DNA of 64,000 nucleotides from Rebecca billardiae RCC1528 (lineage: Eukaryota > Protista > Haptophyta): assembly GCA_965240325.2 (NCBI GenBank), contig OZ251222.1, forward strand, positions 310,001-374,000, given 5' to 3'. The position numbers and the translations under genes were made by a program. Below, in pieces: positions 1 through 10,605 of this stretch (position 1 is the stretch's first letter; the number at the start of each line of letters is the position of its first letter). The notes beneath the pieces were generated by a model. The model searched no databases, was not told the origin of the DNA, and worked only from the letters and a program-made list of their open reading frames with translations.

Positions 1-2022
1 GACGCAGCCGTGCACGTAGCTGCCGTACATGCCCGCCCAGAGCGAGACGCCCACCGAGAGCGCCGCGCCGCCCAGCGCGAGCGCGACCGCGCCCATCGCC
101 ACCGGCGAGCACAGCGCGCGCGCCGCGAGCGCGCCCGGGCCGCGCGCGAGCGCGCGCACGCACGCGCCCGCCGCGCCCGCCGCCGCGCGCTGCGGCCGCG
201 CGCCGCGCACGTCGAGCACGCCGACGCCCGCGTCGGCGCCGCGCGCGAAGAAGCGCGCGACGAGGCGCAGCGACTGCATCGCGCGCATGCACCCGTCCAG
301 CGCGAGCGCGAGGCCGAGCAGCGCGCCCAGCCGCGCGCGCACCCACGGCACCGCCACTGGAAGCCACACCAGAGGCACGGGCGCGCGCGCCGCAGCGTCG
401 TCCGAAGCGCCGGGCGCGAGGCGCGAGTGCGAGAAGCGCTCGCGCGCGGACTCGGCGGCGGCGGCCGCGGCGGCCGTCTCGTTCCGCGCGCGCGCCGCCG
501 ACTCCGCCGCCGCGCCGCCCAGCGCGCCGATCGCCGCGTCCGCGCGCGCGCGCGCCGCGCCCGTGCGCTCCGCAAACTCCGAGCGCGCCACGCTCGCGTT
601 GAGCGGCGGCGGGTCGTAGTCGGCAAAGAGCGCCGGCAGGGAGCGGAGGTACGGGCGGACGGCGGCGTCGTACGCCGCGCTGGCCGCGTCGCTCGCCGCG
701 CGCGGCGTCGCGGCCAGCCGCTCGCGCACGGCGCGCAGCGCGAGCGGCGCGCCCTCGGGCAGCGCGGCGCGCAGGTCGCCGCTCGCCAGCCCAGCCGGCA
801 GCCGCGGCGGCTCTGCGGAGAGAGTGAGGGCGGGCGCTCGGACGCTCGGGAGCTCGGCGACGCCGGGCGGCAGCACGGCGGCGCGCACGGAGGCGAGCGC
901 GTCGAAGACGCGCGACACGTCCGCCAGCGTGCCCTCCACGCTCGTCGCGTACGCCCTCGCGCGCGCCGCGTTCGCGCGCGCCGACTCGGCCGCCGCCTCG
1001 TAGGCGGCGCCCAGTCGCGCAAACGCGCCGCTGAGAGCCTCCTGCGCGGGCGGCGCGCCGAGCGGGCAGCGCGCGGCGTGGGCGTCGTCGGCGTCGTCGG
1101 CGGCGTCGCCCACGGCGACGCACGCGAGCAGCTCCGCCGGCGGGCTCACCGCCGCCACGCTCGCGTTCAGCGCGCCCAGCTGCGCGCGCCACGCCGCCTC
1201 GACCGCCGCTGGCAGCGCGCGCACGTAGCGCAGCTTGGCCGCTAGGTAGTCGCGGTCGTACTGCGCGCGCGCGAGGGCGGCATGGAGGGTGGCGTCGTGC
1301 GCGGCGGCGGCGGAGGCGGCGAGCGCGCTCGTCGCGTTGAGCGCGCTCGCCTGCGCCGCCGTCGCGCCGCCCACGATCGCCTCCACGCGCGCGCGCTCGT
1401 CGCGCCCGCACGCGTCCGCGCGCGCCGCGCCCAGCCACGAGTCAAGGTTCGTACCGCGCCGCCGCGCGCGGTACAGCTCGTCGGCGGCGTCGTCGCGAGC
1501 GCGCGTGCACTCGGCGTGGTCGGCGCGTAGGCGCTCGAGTGTGCGCGCGTTCGCCCCCGCGGCCGCGCCCGTCGCCGCGTCCTCCAGCTCGAGCGCGCCG
1601 TCGAGCGCGCGCGCGCACGCGCCGAGCTGCGTGTCCGCGCACCGCGCGTGCGCCTCGCGCTCGGCGGCGGCGCGCGCCCGAAGGGCGTCGCACGCGCCGT
1701 AGACCTCGTCGAAGCGCGGGGCGGCGACAAGCGCGCCGGTCAGCGCGCGGCAAACGCCGAGCGAGCTGAGCCACAGCAGGCCGAGCGCGAGCAGGCAGAT
1801 GGCCAGCCGGTTCAGCAGCGCGCTCGCCGCCGCGTCGCCGCCGGCCGGCGCGTCCGGCGCAGGCGCGCCGTCGGCGGCCGGCGAGGGGGCGCGCTCGTGC
1901 GCGGGCTCGGCGCGCTCGGCGTCGCCCTTGCGCTCGTCGCCGCCCTCCGCCCCCAACCGCCCCGCCGCCGCGCGCGGGGCGTCGCCGTCGTCGAGCAGCG
2001 GCTGCCACCCGTTGGACGGCAT
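1..2022 (-). CDS. Hypothetical multi-pass membrane protein (3' end runs off the window)
   Basis: ATG at 2022 (MPSNGWQPLLDDG...). The frame appears open to position 1 in the stretches I translated, with hydrophobic segments (LAICLLALGLLWLSSLGV; VPWVRARLGALLGLALA; LSVGVSLWAGMYGSY). It is absent from the ORF track because there is no stop inside the window. Confidence 0.6.
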   Translation of the reverse strand, partial: MPSNGWQPLLDDGDAPRAAAGRLGAEGGDERKGDAERAEPAHERAPSPAADGAPAPDAPAGGDAAASALLNRLAICLLALGLLWLSSLGVCRALTGALVAAPRFDEVYGACDALRARAAAEREAHARCADTQLGACARALDGALELEDAATGAAAGANARTLERLRADHAECTRARDDAADELYRARRRGTNLDSWLGAARADACGRDERARVEAIVGGATAAQASALNATSALAASAAAAHDATLHAALARAQYDRDYLAAKLRYVRALPAAVEAAWRAQLGALNASVAAVSPPAELLACVAVGDAADDADDAHAARCPLGAPPAQEALSGAFARLGAAYEAAAESARANAARARAYATSVEGTLADVSRVFDALASVRAAVLPPGVAELPSVRAPALTLSAEPPRLPAGLASGDLRAALPEGAPLALRAVRERLAATPRAASDAASAAYDAAVRPYLRSLPALFADYDPPPLNASVARSEFAERTGAARARADAAIGALGGAAAESAARARNETAAAAAAAESARERFSHSRLAPGASDDAAARAPVPLVWLPVAVPWVRARLGALLGLALALDGCMRAMQSLRLVARFFARGADAGVGVLDVRGARPQRAAAGAAGACVRALARGPGALAARALCSPVAMGAVALALGGAALSVGVSLWAGMYGSYVHGCV

Positions 2023-2142
2023 CGCCCGGGGGCCGCGAGCGCAAGATGCCGGCGGGCCGGCCCCGGCCTGTCAGTACAGTAGAACCCCTTGGTCAGTACG
2101 TCCGACATCAGTCATCACGGCTCAGACACTCGGCTGTGAATA

Positions 2143-2347
2143 CAGTCGTAAGAGACGCACACACTGTGAGGTGCGGCAACGCGCCCCTCACCTGCCTGCG
2201 CCGGTCTGTTTTGTGGCGGTGTCTTTGTGCAGTGTTGGATGGCGTCAATCACGCCTTAACCAAGTGTGCACGTTAAAACATAGTAAACTGTACTCTGAAA
2301 CTGTACAGTTTACTAAGAATAAGAGACGCACACAGCTCAGGCAGGCG
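2143..2347. mobile_element. Cluster of short TA-flanked TIR element ends (pogo/Tc1-like MITE family, terminus CAGTTTACTA)
   Basis: Degenerate left end TA|CAGTCGTAAGAGACGCACAC at 2143 and right end TAGTAAACTG|TA at 2281-2292. A second left end at 2304-2347 is identical over 44 bp to 51776-51819. Confidence 0.5.
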
Positions 2348-2545
2348 AGATAGGCTCAGCAAGGGTCCTGGTCGGCTCAGTCATACACTAACACAGTGCC
2401 TAGGCGGCTGGTGGTGACTGATTTAATATGCCGGGACGAACGAGCAATGGCCTGATGCATGCTGACGGGCGTCACGCGCATCCGGCCTCCGGGCGCCCCC
2501 CGCGCAGCCTGCTGATTTTATCATATTAAAGAATGCTGCTGCTGA

Positions 2546-4784
2546 TCACAGCGCCAGCATCTCCGGGTGCAGCGGCGACGATGACGGCTGCCGCTGCTCG
2601 CCCTCGTCGCCGCCCGCCGCGCCGCTGCGGGCCGCGCTGCTGCGGGGCGCGGGGCTGGGCTCATCAGCCGACGGCACGATGCGCGCCGAGCTGCCCGCCG
2701 GCGGCGTGCGCTTGGACAGCCCGCGCGTGAGCCTGCTGCTGGACAGCCGCGACGGCAGCTCCGCGGTGAGTGCCCGCGGCCCGGCTCGAGTGGTGCCGCT
2801 GGAGAAGGAGCTTCGGCCGGCCGGCTCGGCGCTCTGGCAGCCCGCGGGGCGGCGCAAGGCGAAGCTGCCGCTGTTGGCGGTGCTGTCGCTGTCGAGGCGC
2901 GCGACCGGCGGCTCGCCGCTGCACCGCACCTGCGACGCGGCCGAGAGCCGGCTCCCGAAGCGCGGCAGCGAGGCGCCGAATGCGCCGCTGTCCGCTGACA
3001 CGGGCCGCGCCCCGGCAGGGCTGAGCGGGAGGCGCTCCGCCATCTCGGCCTCGCGCTGCGCGCGCGCGTGCGCGTCGACGAACAGCCGCGCGCCGTGCGC
3101 CTCGATCCGTCGGAGCAGCGCCACCACGCCCGCCGAGTCCTTGTCGAGCACCTCGTCCACGCCCGACGCCTCGAAGGCCTTGCGCTCGTCGCAGCCGAGC
3201 GGGTCGCCCGTGACGCCGAGCAGCAGGCCGCCGTAGCCGCACGCGCGCAGCGCGCGCGCCGTGTCCGCGCCGCCCATCACGGGCATCTGGTTGTCGAGCA
3301 CGACGCAGTCGTACTCGCCCGGCGGCGCGGCGCGCACGCGCTCGAGCGCCTGCGCGCCGTCCTCTGCCTGCTCGTACGGCAGCCCGAGCACGTCGAACGT
3401 CTGCAGCGGCAGCGTGAGCCTCACGAAGGCGTCGTCCTCCACGTGCAACACGCGGTACCCGCGCGGGAAGCTGCGCTCCGCAGGCCGGCCCGGGGAGGGC
3501 GCGGCGGAGGGCTGCTGCGGGAGGCTGGGCGCATCGGCCGAGATGTCGCGCAGCCGGAGCGCGTCTCGCCCAGCTGCTGAGGGCGCGGCGCCGCCCGCCT
3601 CGGCCGGCGCCACGCCCGGCTGCGCCGCCGCGGCGGCGGAGGCGGAGGCGGCCGCGGCGGCGTGCGGCGGCGCGAGCTCGAGCTGCTGGCAGTTGACGCG
3701 CATCGTGAAAGTGGAGCCCTTGCCGTGGCCGTCGGAGGAGAGCGCGAGGGTCGAGTCGTTGTGCAGCCGCAGCATCTGCCGCACGATCGGCAGGCCGAGC
3801 CCGGTGCCTCCGTTCCCCTGCATCTGCCCGCGCCCCACCTGCGTGAACATGCTGTCCTCAGCCAGCGAGGCGAGCTCGTCCTGATTCAGCCCGATGCCCT
3901 CGTCCACCACCGAGCAGAGGAGCACGGCCCAGCCCTCGAGCGACGGGTGCGGCTCGAGGCCCAGCGTCACGCGCACCGTCTTGCCCGGCTGCGTGAACTT
4001 GATCGCCTGGTGCCCGCACGCGCGCGCGCACCGGGCGGCGCGCGCGGCGCGAGGATCAGGCGTGTGTGTGCGCGCGCGTGCGCGCGCGGCGCCAACGGCC
4101 GCGGCCGCGACTCGGGCGCGCGCGCGGCCGGGGCCGCTGCGGCGCTCTGTGCGCGCACGTTGGACAGCCCGTTGTTGAGGCACTGCTGCAGCCGCTTCGC
4201 GTCCGCCAGCAGCGTGGCGCGCGCGGCCAGCCCCTCTGGGAAGGGCGCGATCAGCTCGACGCCCTTGGCCGAGGCGGTGCTCTCAAAGACGGCGCGCACA
4301 CCCTCCGTCAGTTCGCGCGGCTGCAGCGGCGCGTACAGCAGCGTCAGGCGGCCCGCCTCGATGCGCTCGAAGTCGAGCATGTCCGAGACCTGGGCGCGCG
4401 CACGCACGCACGCACGCGGGGCGGCGCGGCGCGCGCGGGAGGCGGCGGGCGGCGTCTCTCAGCGCGGGGCCGGCCCGGCAGGCGGGCGCGCGCGCGCGCA
4501 AGCCTGGCCGAACCCCCGCGCGCCCGCGCGCGGCGCCGTTCCGCGTTGCTTCTCACAATGTTCTCCATCAGGGCGGAGCAGTTGCCCAGGGCGTCGAGCA
4601 GCGGCACCACCTCCTCCAGCTTCCGCTCGGAGCCGTCCGACGCCATGCCGCGCAGCGTGCGCGCCACGTTGTCCACCGACACGAGCGGCGAGCGCAGGTC
4701 GTGCATCACCTGCGCGGGCAGGGCCGCAGTAGCGGCAGCGGCAGCAGCAGCGGCAGCAGCGGCAGCAGCAGCAGCGGCAGCAGC

Positions 4785-4833
<49 letters not shown>

Positions 4834-6318
4834 GCGGGCGCGCGCGAGGGGGCGGGCGGGGAGGGCTCAGGGTTGGGGAGCGGGTGGCGCCGGGGGCCGC
4901 GCGGCTCGCGCGCGCGGCGGCGCACCGTCCGTATCAGCCTCGAGCGCGCGAGCTTGGCCGCCTCCTGCGACGAGGCCTCGAGCGTGGCCGCCGCCTGCTG
5001 CTCGGTGAGAAGCACGCGCTGCTGCCACGCCTCGCGCACGGAGCCGACGACGGCGAAGGCCATGCCCGCGCCGCCGAGCACGGTGAGCGCCGCGACGAGG
5101 ACGAGCTGCAGCGTGAACGACGTCGAGTCCGAGCTCCACCCCTCCGCTGGCTCGATGGCGATCGACCACGAGACGCCGATCTCGTCGATCGTGATGTTGG
5201 CGGTGACCGGCTGCGGCAGGCTCGCGTTGGGCGGCGCGCCGGCCGAGGTGGCGAAGATGCCGCCCGTCTCGTTCAGCGCGGGGTGCCACCCCTCGGTTAT
5301 GCGCAGCTGCCAGTGGAAGCGCGAGCCCCCGTTGATGAAGTGCTTCCCGCCGTCCAGCCGCTCGAGGCCGATCGGCGCGAGCATCTCGTCGAGCCGCGTG
5401 AGCGCGGTCGCAAACGCGTAGAAGAAGGTGCCCTTCTCGGGGCCGGGGAAGCGGCAGTTGTCCTCGCGCTCCGAAGGCGTGGCGCAGTCGAGCGCCTCGT
5501 ACTCGATCTGCGAGTCCGGGTCCGCGTACGTCTCGTTCAGCTCGAGGTACTCGCTCGCAAACGCTGCGGGCGGCGGCGCGTGCGCGGCGGAGCGTGAGCG
5601 TGAGTGCGCGCGGCAGGCGCGGGTGGACGCGAGGCGCGCGAGCCGCGGCGCGGCGCGCGCGCGCACTGGTGAAGATCGGGTGGCGCAGGATCACGGCCAT
5701 GCCGCCACCCACGATCGGCTGCGGCCCGACCAGCGCGGCGATCTTGTCTGGGTAGTTGAGCACGGTCGCGCGCGCGCCGTGCCTCAGCAGCTCGTGGTGG
5801 AAGAGCGAGAGCCCAGGCTTCGTGTTCTCGGGGTTGTTCGGCTCGACGAAGGCGATCTTGCCATACGGCGAGAACTGCAGCTCGGAGACGCCCGCGTAAA
5901 AGTCGCGCAGCGAGCCGGCGATGCTGGCGAACGTCTCGGCGTTCAGCGCCTCGCCCTGCGCCGCGCCGAGCGCGCCGACGGCGAGCGTGGTCGAGACGAC
6001 GACGCGCAGCTGGCGCGAGAGCTCGAGCGCGTACGAGTCGGCGAGGTTCTGCACGTTCGCCCGGTACGCGACGAGCTTGAGCCGCTCCTGCTCCACCGAC
6101 AGCCACGTGCCCACGGCGAGCACGCCCATGATGAAGAGGAAGGCCGCGAGCGTGCGCTTGTCGCGCAGCCAGCCCGGGAGGCAGCGCCCCCGGCCGCTGC
6201 GCGGGCGCGAGCGCTTGGGCGCGGCCTCGGGCGAGGCCGCGGCGGGAGCCGCGGCGGCGGGGGCTTCCTGACTCGCCTCGTTGCCCCCCTCGGGCGCGGT
6301 GGACGCCTCGAGCTCCAT
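2546..6318 (-). CDS. CHASE-domain hybrid histidine kinase (TM-CHASE-TM-HisKA-HATPase_c-REC)
   Basis: Exons approx. 6318-5667, 5563-4926, 4709-4557, 4389-4159, 4006-2546, all with GT..AG introns. CHASE-like ELQFSPYG...LVGPQPIVGGGMAVILRHPIF. H-box VMHDLRSPL, N-box LNNGLSNAIKFT, G1 DEGIG, G2 GGTGLGL. Receiver domain VEDD...VLDNQMP...GVTG...LDK. Confidence 0.9.
4727..4835. repeat. (GCA/GCG)n trinucleotide tract inside histidine kinase intron 2
   Basis: About 35 consecutive gca/gcg units seen directly. Confidence 0.9.
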
Positions 6319-6642
6319 GGGGCGCGGGGGGGTTAAGTAGCGACACTACTGGTTCGTTTGTGTGCGTGCGGTGGGGCTCGGTATACCGCTAGATACTGCC
6401 GGATGACACGCCAATGAGAAATTGAGAACATTGATGGACATGCTGGGTCGTCCAATGGGGTCGTCGCGCCAGATTAATAAAGCGCAGATTGTTGCCAGTC
6501 AGTGCAGAGATTTGACGACACATGAGCGACCTTTCGGGATCGTGATCACCTCGAGATTTCGACGAGATCCGGAGTAACACCCGGACCAGGCCGGACGCGA
6601 CTGGCGGGCGCCGAGGCGATACGCACCGAGAATCCTCGGTTG

Positions 6643-7855
6643 ATGGCGGCCGTGGAGTGCGCGATCTGCTGCGAGCCGGCGGCGCTCGTCGCGCTGGGCG
6701 AGTGCGGCCACGGCGCGACGTGCGCGCGGTGCGAGCTGAAGCGGCGCGTCTTCTACGCCGAGCGCGCGTGCCTGCTCTGCCGTGCGCCGCACGGCACGCT
6801 CGTGCTCGCGCCGGCCGGCGGCGCGCGGCGCGCGGCTGCGCACGACGCGGAATGGGACGTGTGGTTCGCGTCGGCGGGGGCTCGTGACGCGCTGCGCGAG
6901 CAGCTGTTTGGGCCAAAGTGCCGCGCACCGGGCTGCGCCGCGCGCCCGCCCTTCGCCGACCTCGCCGCGCTGCGCGCGCACGCCGAGGCGGCGCACGGCG
7001 CTCTGCACTGCGGCACGTGCATCCGCCACGCGCGCCTCTTCCCGACCGAGCAGCCGACGTTCGGCTCGCGCGCCGCGCTGCGCGCGCACGCGGCGGAGCG
7101 GCACCCGCGCTGCGAGCTGTGCCCCGCCGGCGCGCCGCGCGAGTACTTCGACGACGACGCGCTCCTCGCCCACCTCGCAGACAGGCACTTCCGGTGCGAG
7201 CTGTGCGAGCGCGCGGCGGTCGGCGCGCGCGCGAGCCGTTACTACGCCGAGCTGGCCGACCTCGTGGCGCACGCGGGCGCGGCGCACTACCCGTGCGCGC
7301 ACGCCGAGTGCGCGTCCGCCGGCCTCTCGTTCGTCTTCGCCTCCGAGGCCGAGCTGCGCGCGCACGAGCTCGAGGCGCACGTCGCGCCCGCGGCGCGCGG
7401 CGCGCGGCGCGGCGCGGTGCCGCGCTCGGCGCGCCGGCAGGCTCTGCGGCTCACGCCCGCGTTCACTGTGCGCGGCTCGCCCAGCGCGGCGCGGGAGGAG
7501 GAGAGGGCGGAGGAGGAGGAGGATGAGGACACCGAGCGCCACGGGCGCGCCGCGTACGACGCCGTGGACGACGCGCACCTCCTGCGCGCCGCGCGCGCGC
7601 CGCCGAGCGTGCGCCGCGCCGCGCGCGACGAGGCGATCGCTGCGCCGCGCCGAGCACCGGCCATCTCTCGCGCGCGCTCTGCCGAGGCGGCCTGGTCGGC
7701 GGTGGCGGCCGGGCGCGAGGACGGCGTCCTCCTGCAGGGGACGAGCTTTCCGCCCGCCTTGTCGCGCCGCGCGGAGGGCGCGTCCGCCCGGCGCGACGCG
7801 AGCGCGTCGGCGGAGGGCCCAGTGAGCTTCACACTTGGCGGCGACGGCGGCGGCA

Positions 7856-7940
<85 letters not shown>

Positions 7941-8595
7941 TCGCGACGGCAGCCAGCGGGCGGCGGGGGCGGCTGCTGGTAGCGGCAGCGACGACGCGCC
8001 TCCGTGCCCGGAAGGGCCCGCGCCGCGGCCCGGCCGCCGCGCGCCTCGCTTTGCGTGGGCGGAGGCGGCGCCGCGCCGCGCGCCGCCGCCGCTGCCACCG
8101 CCGCCGCAGCGCTCGCAGCCGACGGCGAGCGCGCGCGGCGCGGGCGAGCCCACTCAGCCACCCATGTCCGCCGCCGCGCGCAAGAACGCGGCGCGGCGCG
8201 AGAAGCGCCGGGCCGCGAGTGCCGCCGTCGCCGCCGCTGCCGCTCCCGCGGGCGGCTCGTCGCCGCCACCGGCCGCGCCCGAGGCGAGCGGCGCAGCGGC
8301 GGCGGCGGCGCCGCCGGCCGCTCCTGCGGCGCCGATGAGCGCAGCAGACGAAGGAGCGGCAGCGCCGAGGGCGGGCGCAGCCGCCGCCGCCGCCCTGAGC
8401 GCGGAGCCGAGCGACGCTGGCTCCGCTCAGCCGGCGCCGAGCGCGCGCGCCGAGCGCAAGGCCGCCAAGCGCGCGCTCAAGGCCAAGCTGAGCGGGCGCG
8501 ACAAGCTGGCGGGCGAGTCGTGCAGCGCGTGCCCAGTGTGCGGCGAGCTCGTCAAGGCGAAGGACCGGCTGCGGCACGAGATGCGGCACATGTGA
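6643..8595 (+). CDS. ZNF598: E3 ubiquitin ligase ZNF598/Hel2-like (RING plus C2H2 fingers; ribosome quality control)
   Basis: N-terminal RING CAICC...CGHGATCARC...CLLCR. C2H2 array including HPRCELC...FDDDALLAHLADRHFRCELC and YYAELADLVAH. Poly-Gly (GGC)n at about 7848-7938 and a C-terminal C2H2. Confidence 0.85.
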
Positions 8596-8791
8596 CGCAT
8601 ACCGTTGTGTGCCGCCTTTGAGTCTGGACTCTGTGAGTAGCTGCCGACACGCAGCTGGCGCCTGGCGTCAGCCTGCAGCCTCGATGACAGGGAATTACTG
8701 AAGAGTGATGAAGGCGGGCGCGCACAGCAGCATGCCTGCATGCCATGAAATGCAAAAGCACGTACGCCCGAGCCGGGTAAAGACGGCAAAA

Positions 8792-8863
8792 AGGGCAGAG
8801 AGAGAATCGAACTCCCCACCTGCTGATCTGCAGTCAGCCGCTCTGCCACTGAGCTACCTACCC
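8792..8863 (-). tRNA. trnC-GCA: tRNA-Cys (GCA)
   Basis: Minus strand folds as a cloverleaf: GGGTAGG TA GCTC AGTGGCA GAGC G GCTGA CTGCAGA TCAGC AGGTG GGGAG TTCGATT CTCTC TCTGCCC T. It has a U73 discriminator, no encoded CCA, and a following oligo-T consistent with a Pol III terminator. Confidence 0.95.
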
Positions 8864-9076
8864 TACAATGAATCGTTTAGAGTCGGCAATCAGAGGGTAT
8901 ATATTCTCTCGGTTTGAATCATGCTCGATTCCCCGGGGGGAAAAAGTGCTGATGACTCATTACTGTCATTGGACCTCGGCACCGCATGAGCGCTCGCATG
9001 CAGCCCCGAAGTTGTCAGCGACCTCCGCCCACAGCTCCGCCTCTTCGCCATGGGGCGCGGAACTCCTCATTAGTTA

Positions 9077-10342
9077 CTACGACATCATCATCGCGCGACG
9101 CCGCCCCTCGGCGCCCACCCTGGCGGCCGCGTGATCTGCGCGCGCGCAGACCACCGCCCGCTGCTCGTGCTCGAACGGCCGCAGCGGTCGTGGCCGCCAG
9201 CCATTGGCGTACGTGTGCACCTGGGGCAGCGGCGGCGTTGGCGCGCCGCGAGCCCTCTTCCTCGCGGGTGGCGGCAACCCCTGGAGTGCCGCGCGCACGC
9301 ACGTGTGCGCGCGCTGGTACGTCGCCGCGCACGCGCTCGCGACGCGGCGCGGCGCCACCGCCTCATCGCTGCCGTCGGGCGGCAGCGCGGCGGCCATCTC
9401 GCCGAGGTGCGTGTCGAGCATGACGAGCCGGCCCCGGCCCATAGCGCGCGCGCTGTCGCACGACTGGTGAAAGACCTTGCGGAAGAAGTGGTAGAAGTAG
9501 TACGACGGCCCTTCGGCCGCGTCGCGCCCCGCCGCCGGCCCCGCGGCCGGCCGCGGCGGCAGCAGGCACGCCAGGTCGATGCCGAGCCGCGTGCGCACGC
9601 GCGTGAGGTGGAACCAGAGGCCCTGGTCGACGCGCGCGCCGTGGTACGCCCAGCTGTCGCGCACGAGCAGGCCGCCGCCCTCCTCCACCCCCAGCTCCCA
9701 CGCCGGGTCCTCCCGTGGCACCACGGCGCGCGGGGAGCCGAGCAGGCCCCAGCCGTGTGTACTGTTGAATGCGCCGCCGCCGAGCGCGAGCGTTGCGAGC
9801 GCCTCGGCGTACAGGCGCGGGTGCGGGCGCACCAGGACGATGCCGCCGTTGATCGGACTGGCCGCGTCAGCCATCGAGCCGAGCACCCAGCCGGACGCCT
9901 CCATCCGCCGCATCGCCGCCACCCACTGCGCCGCCGCGCGGTTCGGCGCGCGCTCGAGCTCTGGCGGCCACGCGTCCACGTCCGCGTCGAGGATGAGCGA
10001 GAAGGAGACGTCGTCGCGGCCGAGGGCGAGCAGCTTGTACAGGCAGCGCGTCATCTTACGGTGCTGCTGTGCCGAGGCGTACGCCGAGACGGACGCGTTC
10101 AGCGCCTCGGGCACGCGCGCATGCACCGCGACGCGCGTGCCGCGCGCCGACCGCCACGCGCCCGCCGGGCGGCAGTTGGTGAAGGCGTCCACCCGCGCGT
10201 CGCGGCCGGACGCGGCGCGAATCGCAGCGGCGAATGCGTCCGCGCGCGACACCCAGAAGGCCACGGGGCACTCGTAACGCTCGCACGAGTCGTAGTACGC
10301 AACAAGCACGACGCTCAGCAGGGCGCGCCCAGCCGCCGCCAT
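9077..10342 (-). CDS. Putative GT-A fold glycosyltransferase (nucleotide-diphospho-sugar transferase)
   Basis: DxD motif LILDADVD preceded by LYKLLAL, then PINGGIVLVRP and DQGLW, a pattern typical of GT8/GT34/GT77-like enzymes. Start inferred at MAAAGRALL; the ORF extends further upstream. Confidence 0.65.
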   Translation of the reverse strand: MAAAGRALLSVVLVAYYDSCERYECPVAFWVSRADAFAAAIRAASGRDARVDAFTNCRPAGAWRSARGTRVAVHARVPEALNASVSAYASAQQHRKMTRCLYKLLALGRDDVSFSLILDADVDAWPPELERAPNRAAAQWVAAMRRMEASGWVLGSMADAASPINGGIVLVRPHPRLYAEALATLALGGGAFNSTHGWGLLGSPRAVVPREDPAWELGVEEGGGLLVRDSWAYHGARVDQGLWFHLTRVRTRLGIDLACLLPPRPAAGPAAGRDAAEGPSYYFYHFFRKVFHQSCDSARAMGRGRLVMLDTHLGEMAAALPPDGSDEAVAPRRVASACAATYQRAHTCVRAALQGLPPPARKRARGAPTPPLPQVHTYANGWRPRPLRPFEHEQRAVVCARADHAAARVGAEGRRRAMMMS

Positions 10343-10605
10343 CGCTGTCGCGAGTCGCGACTGAACAGAGTGGCGCGCAAAATCCTGCGAGACTTGCGCT
10401 GGCTCCCGGAGCCGTTGGTCAAGACTGGAGACTGGTCCCGCTGACAACGCGGTCCCGTTCCGGAAGCCCCGTCCACCGTCGGCGAGCACCGCGTACACGT
10501 CCGCCGACGCCTTGCCAACGAAGCCAGAGCGACAGAGACGGCCGAGTCTGCTGAGGGCTTCGCGCGGCTGACTTTCTCGATCGTCTCGTCCCTGGTGCGT
10601 GCGCG

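Noticed and set aside
10-1245. 411-aa plus-strand ORF and the many other R/A/P-rich overlapping ORFs
   Set aside because: Shadow frames caused by stop-codon scarcity at very high GC; the opposite strand carries the protein-like frame.
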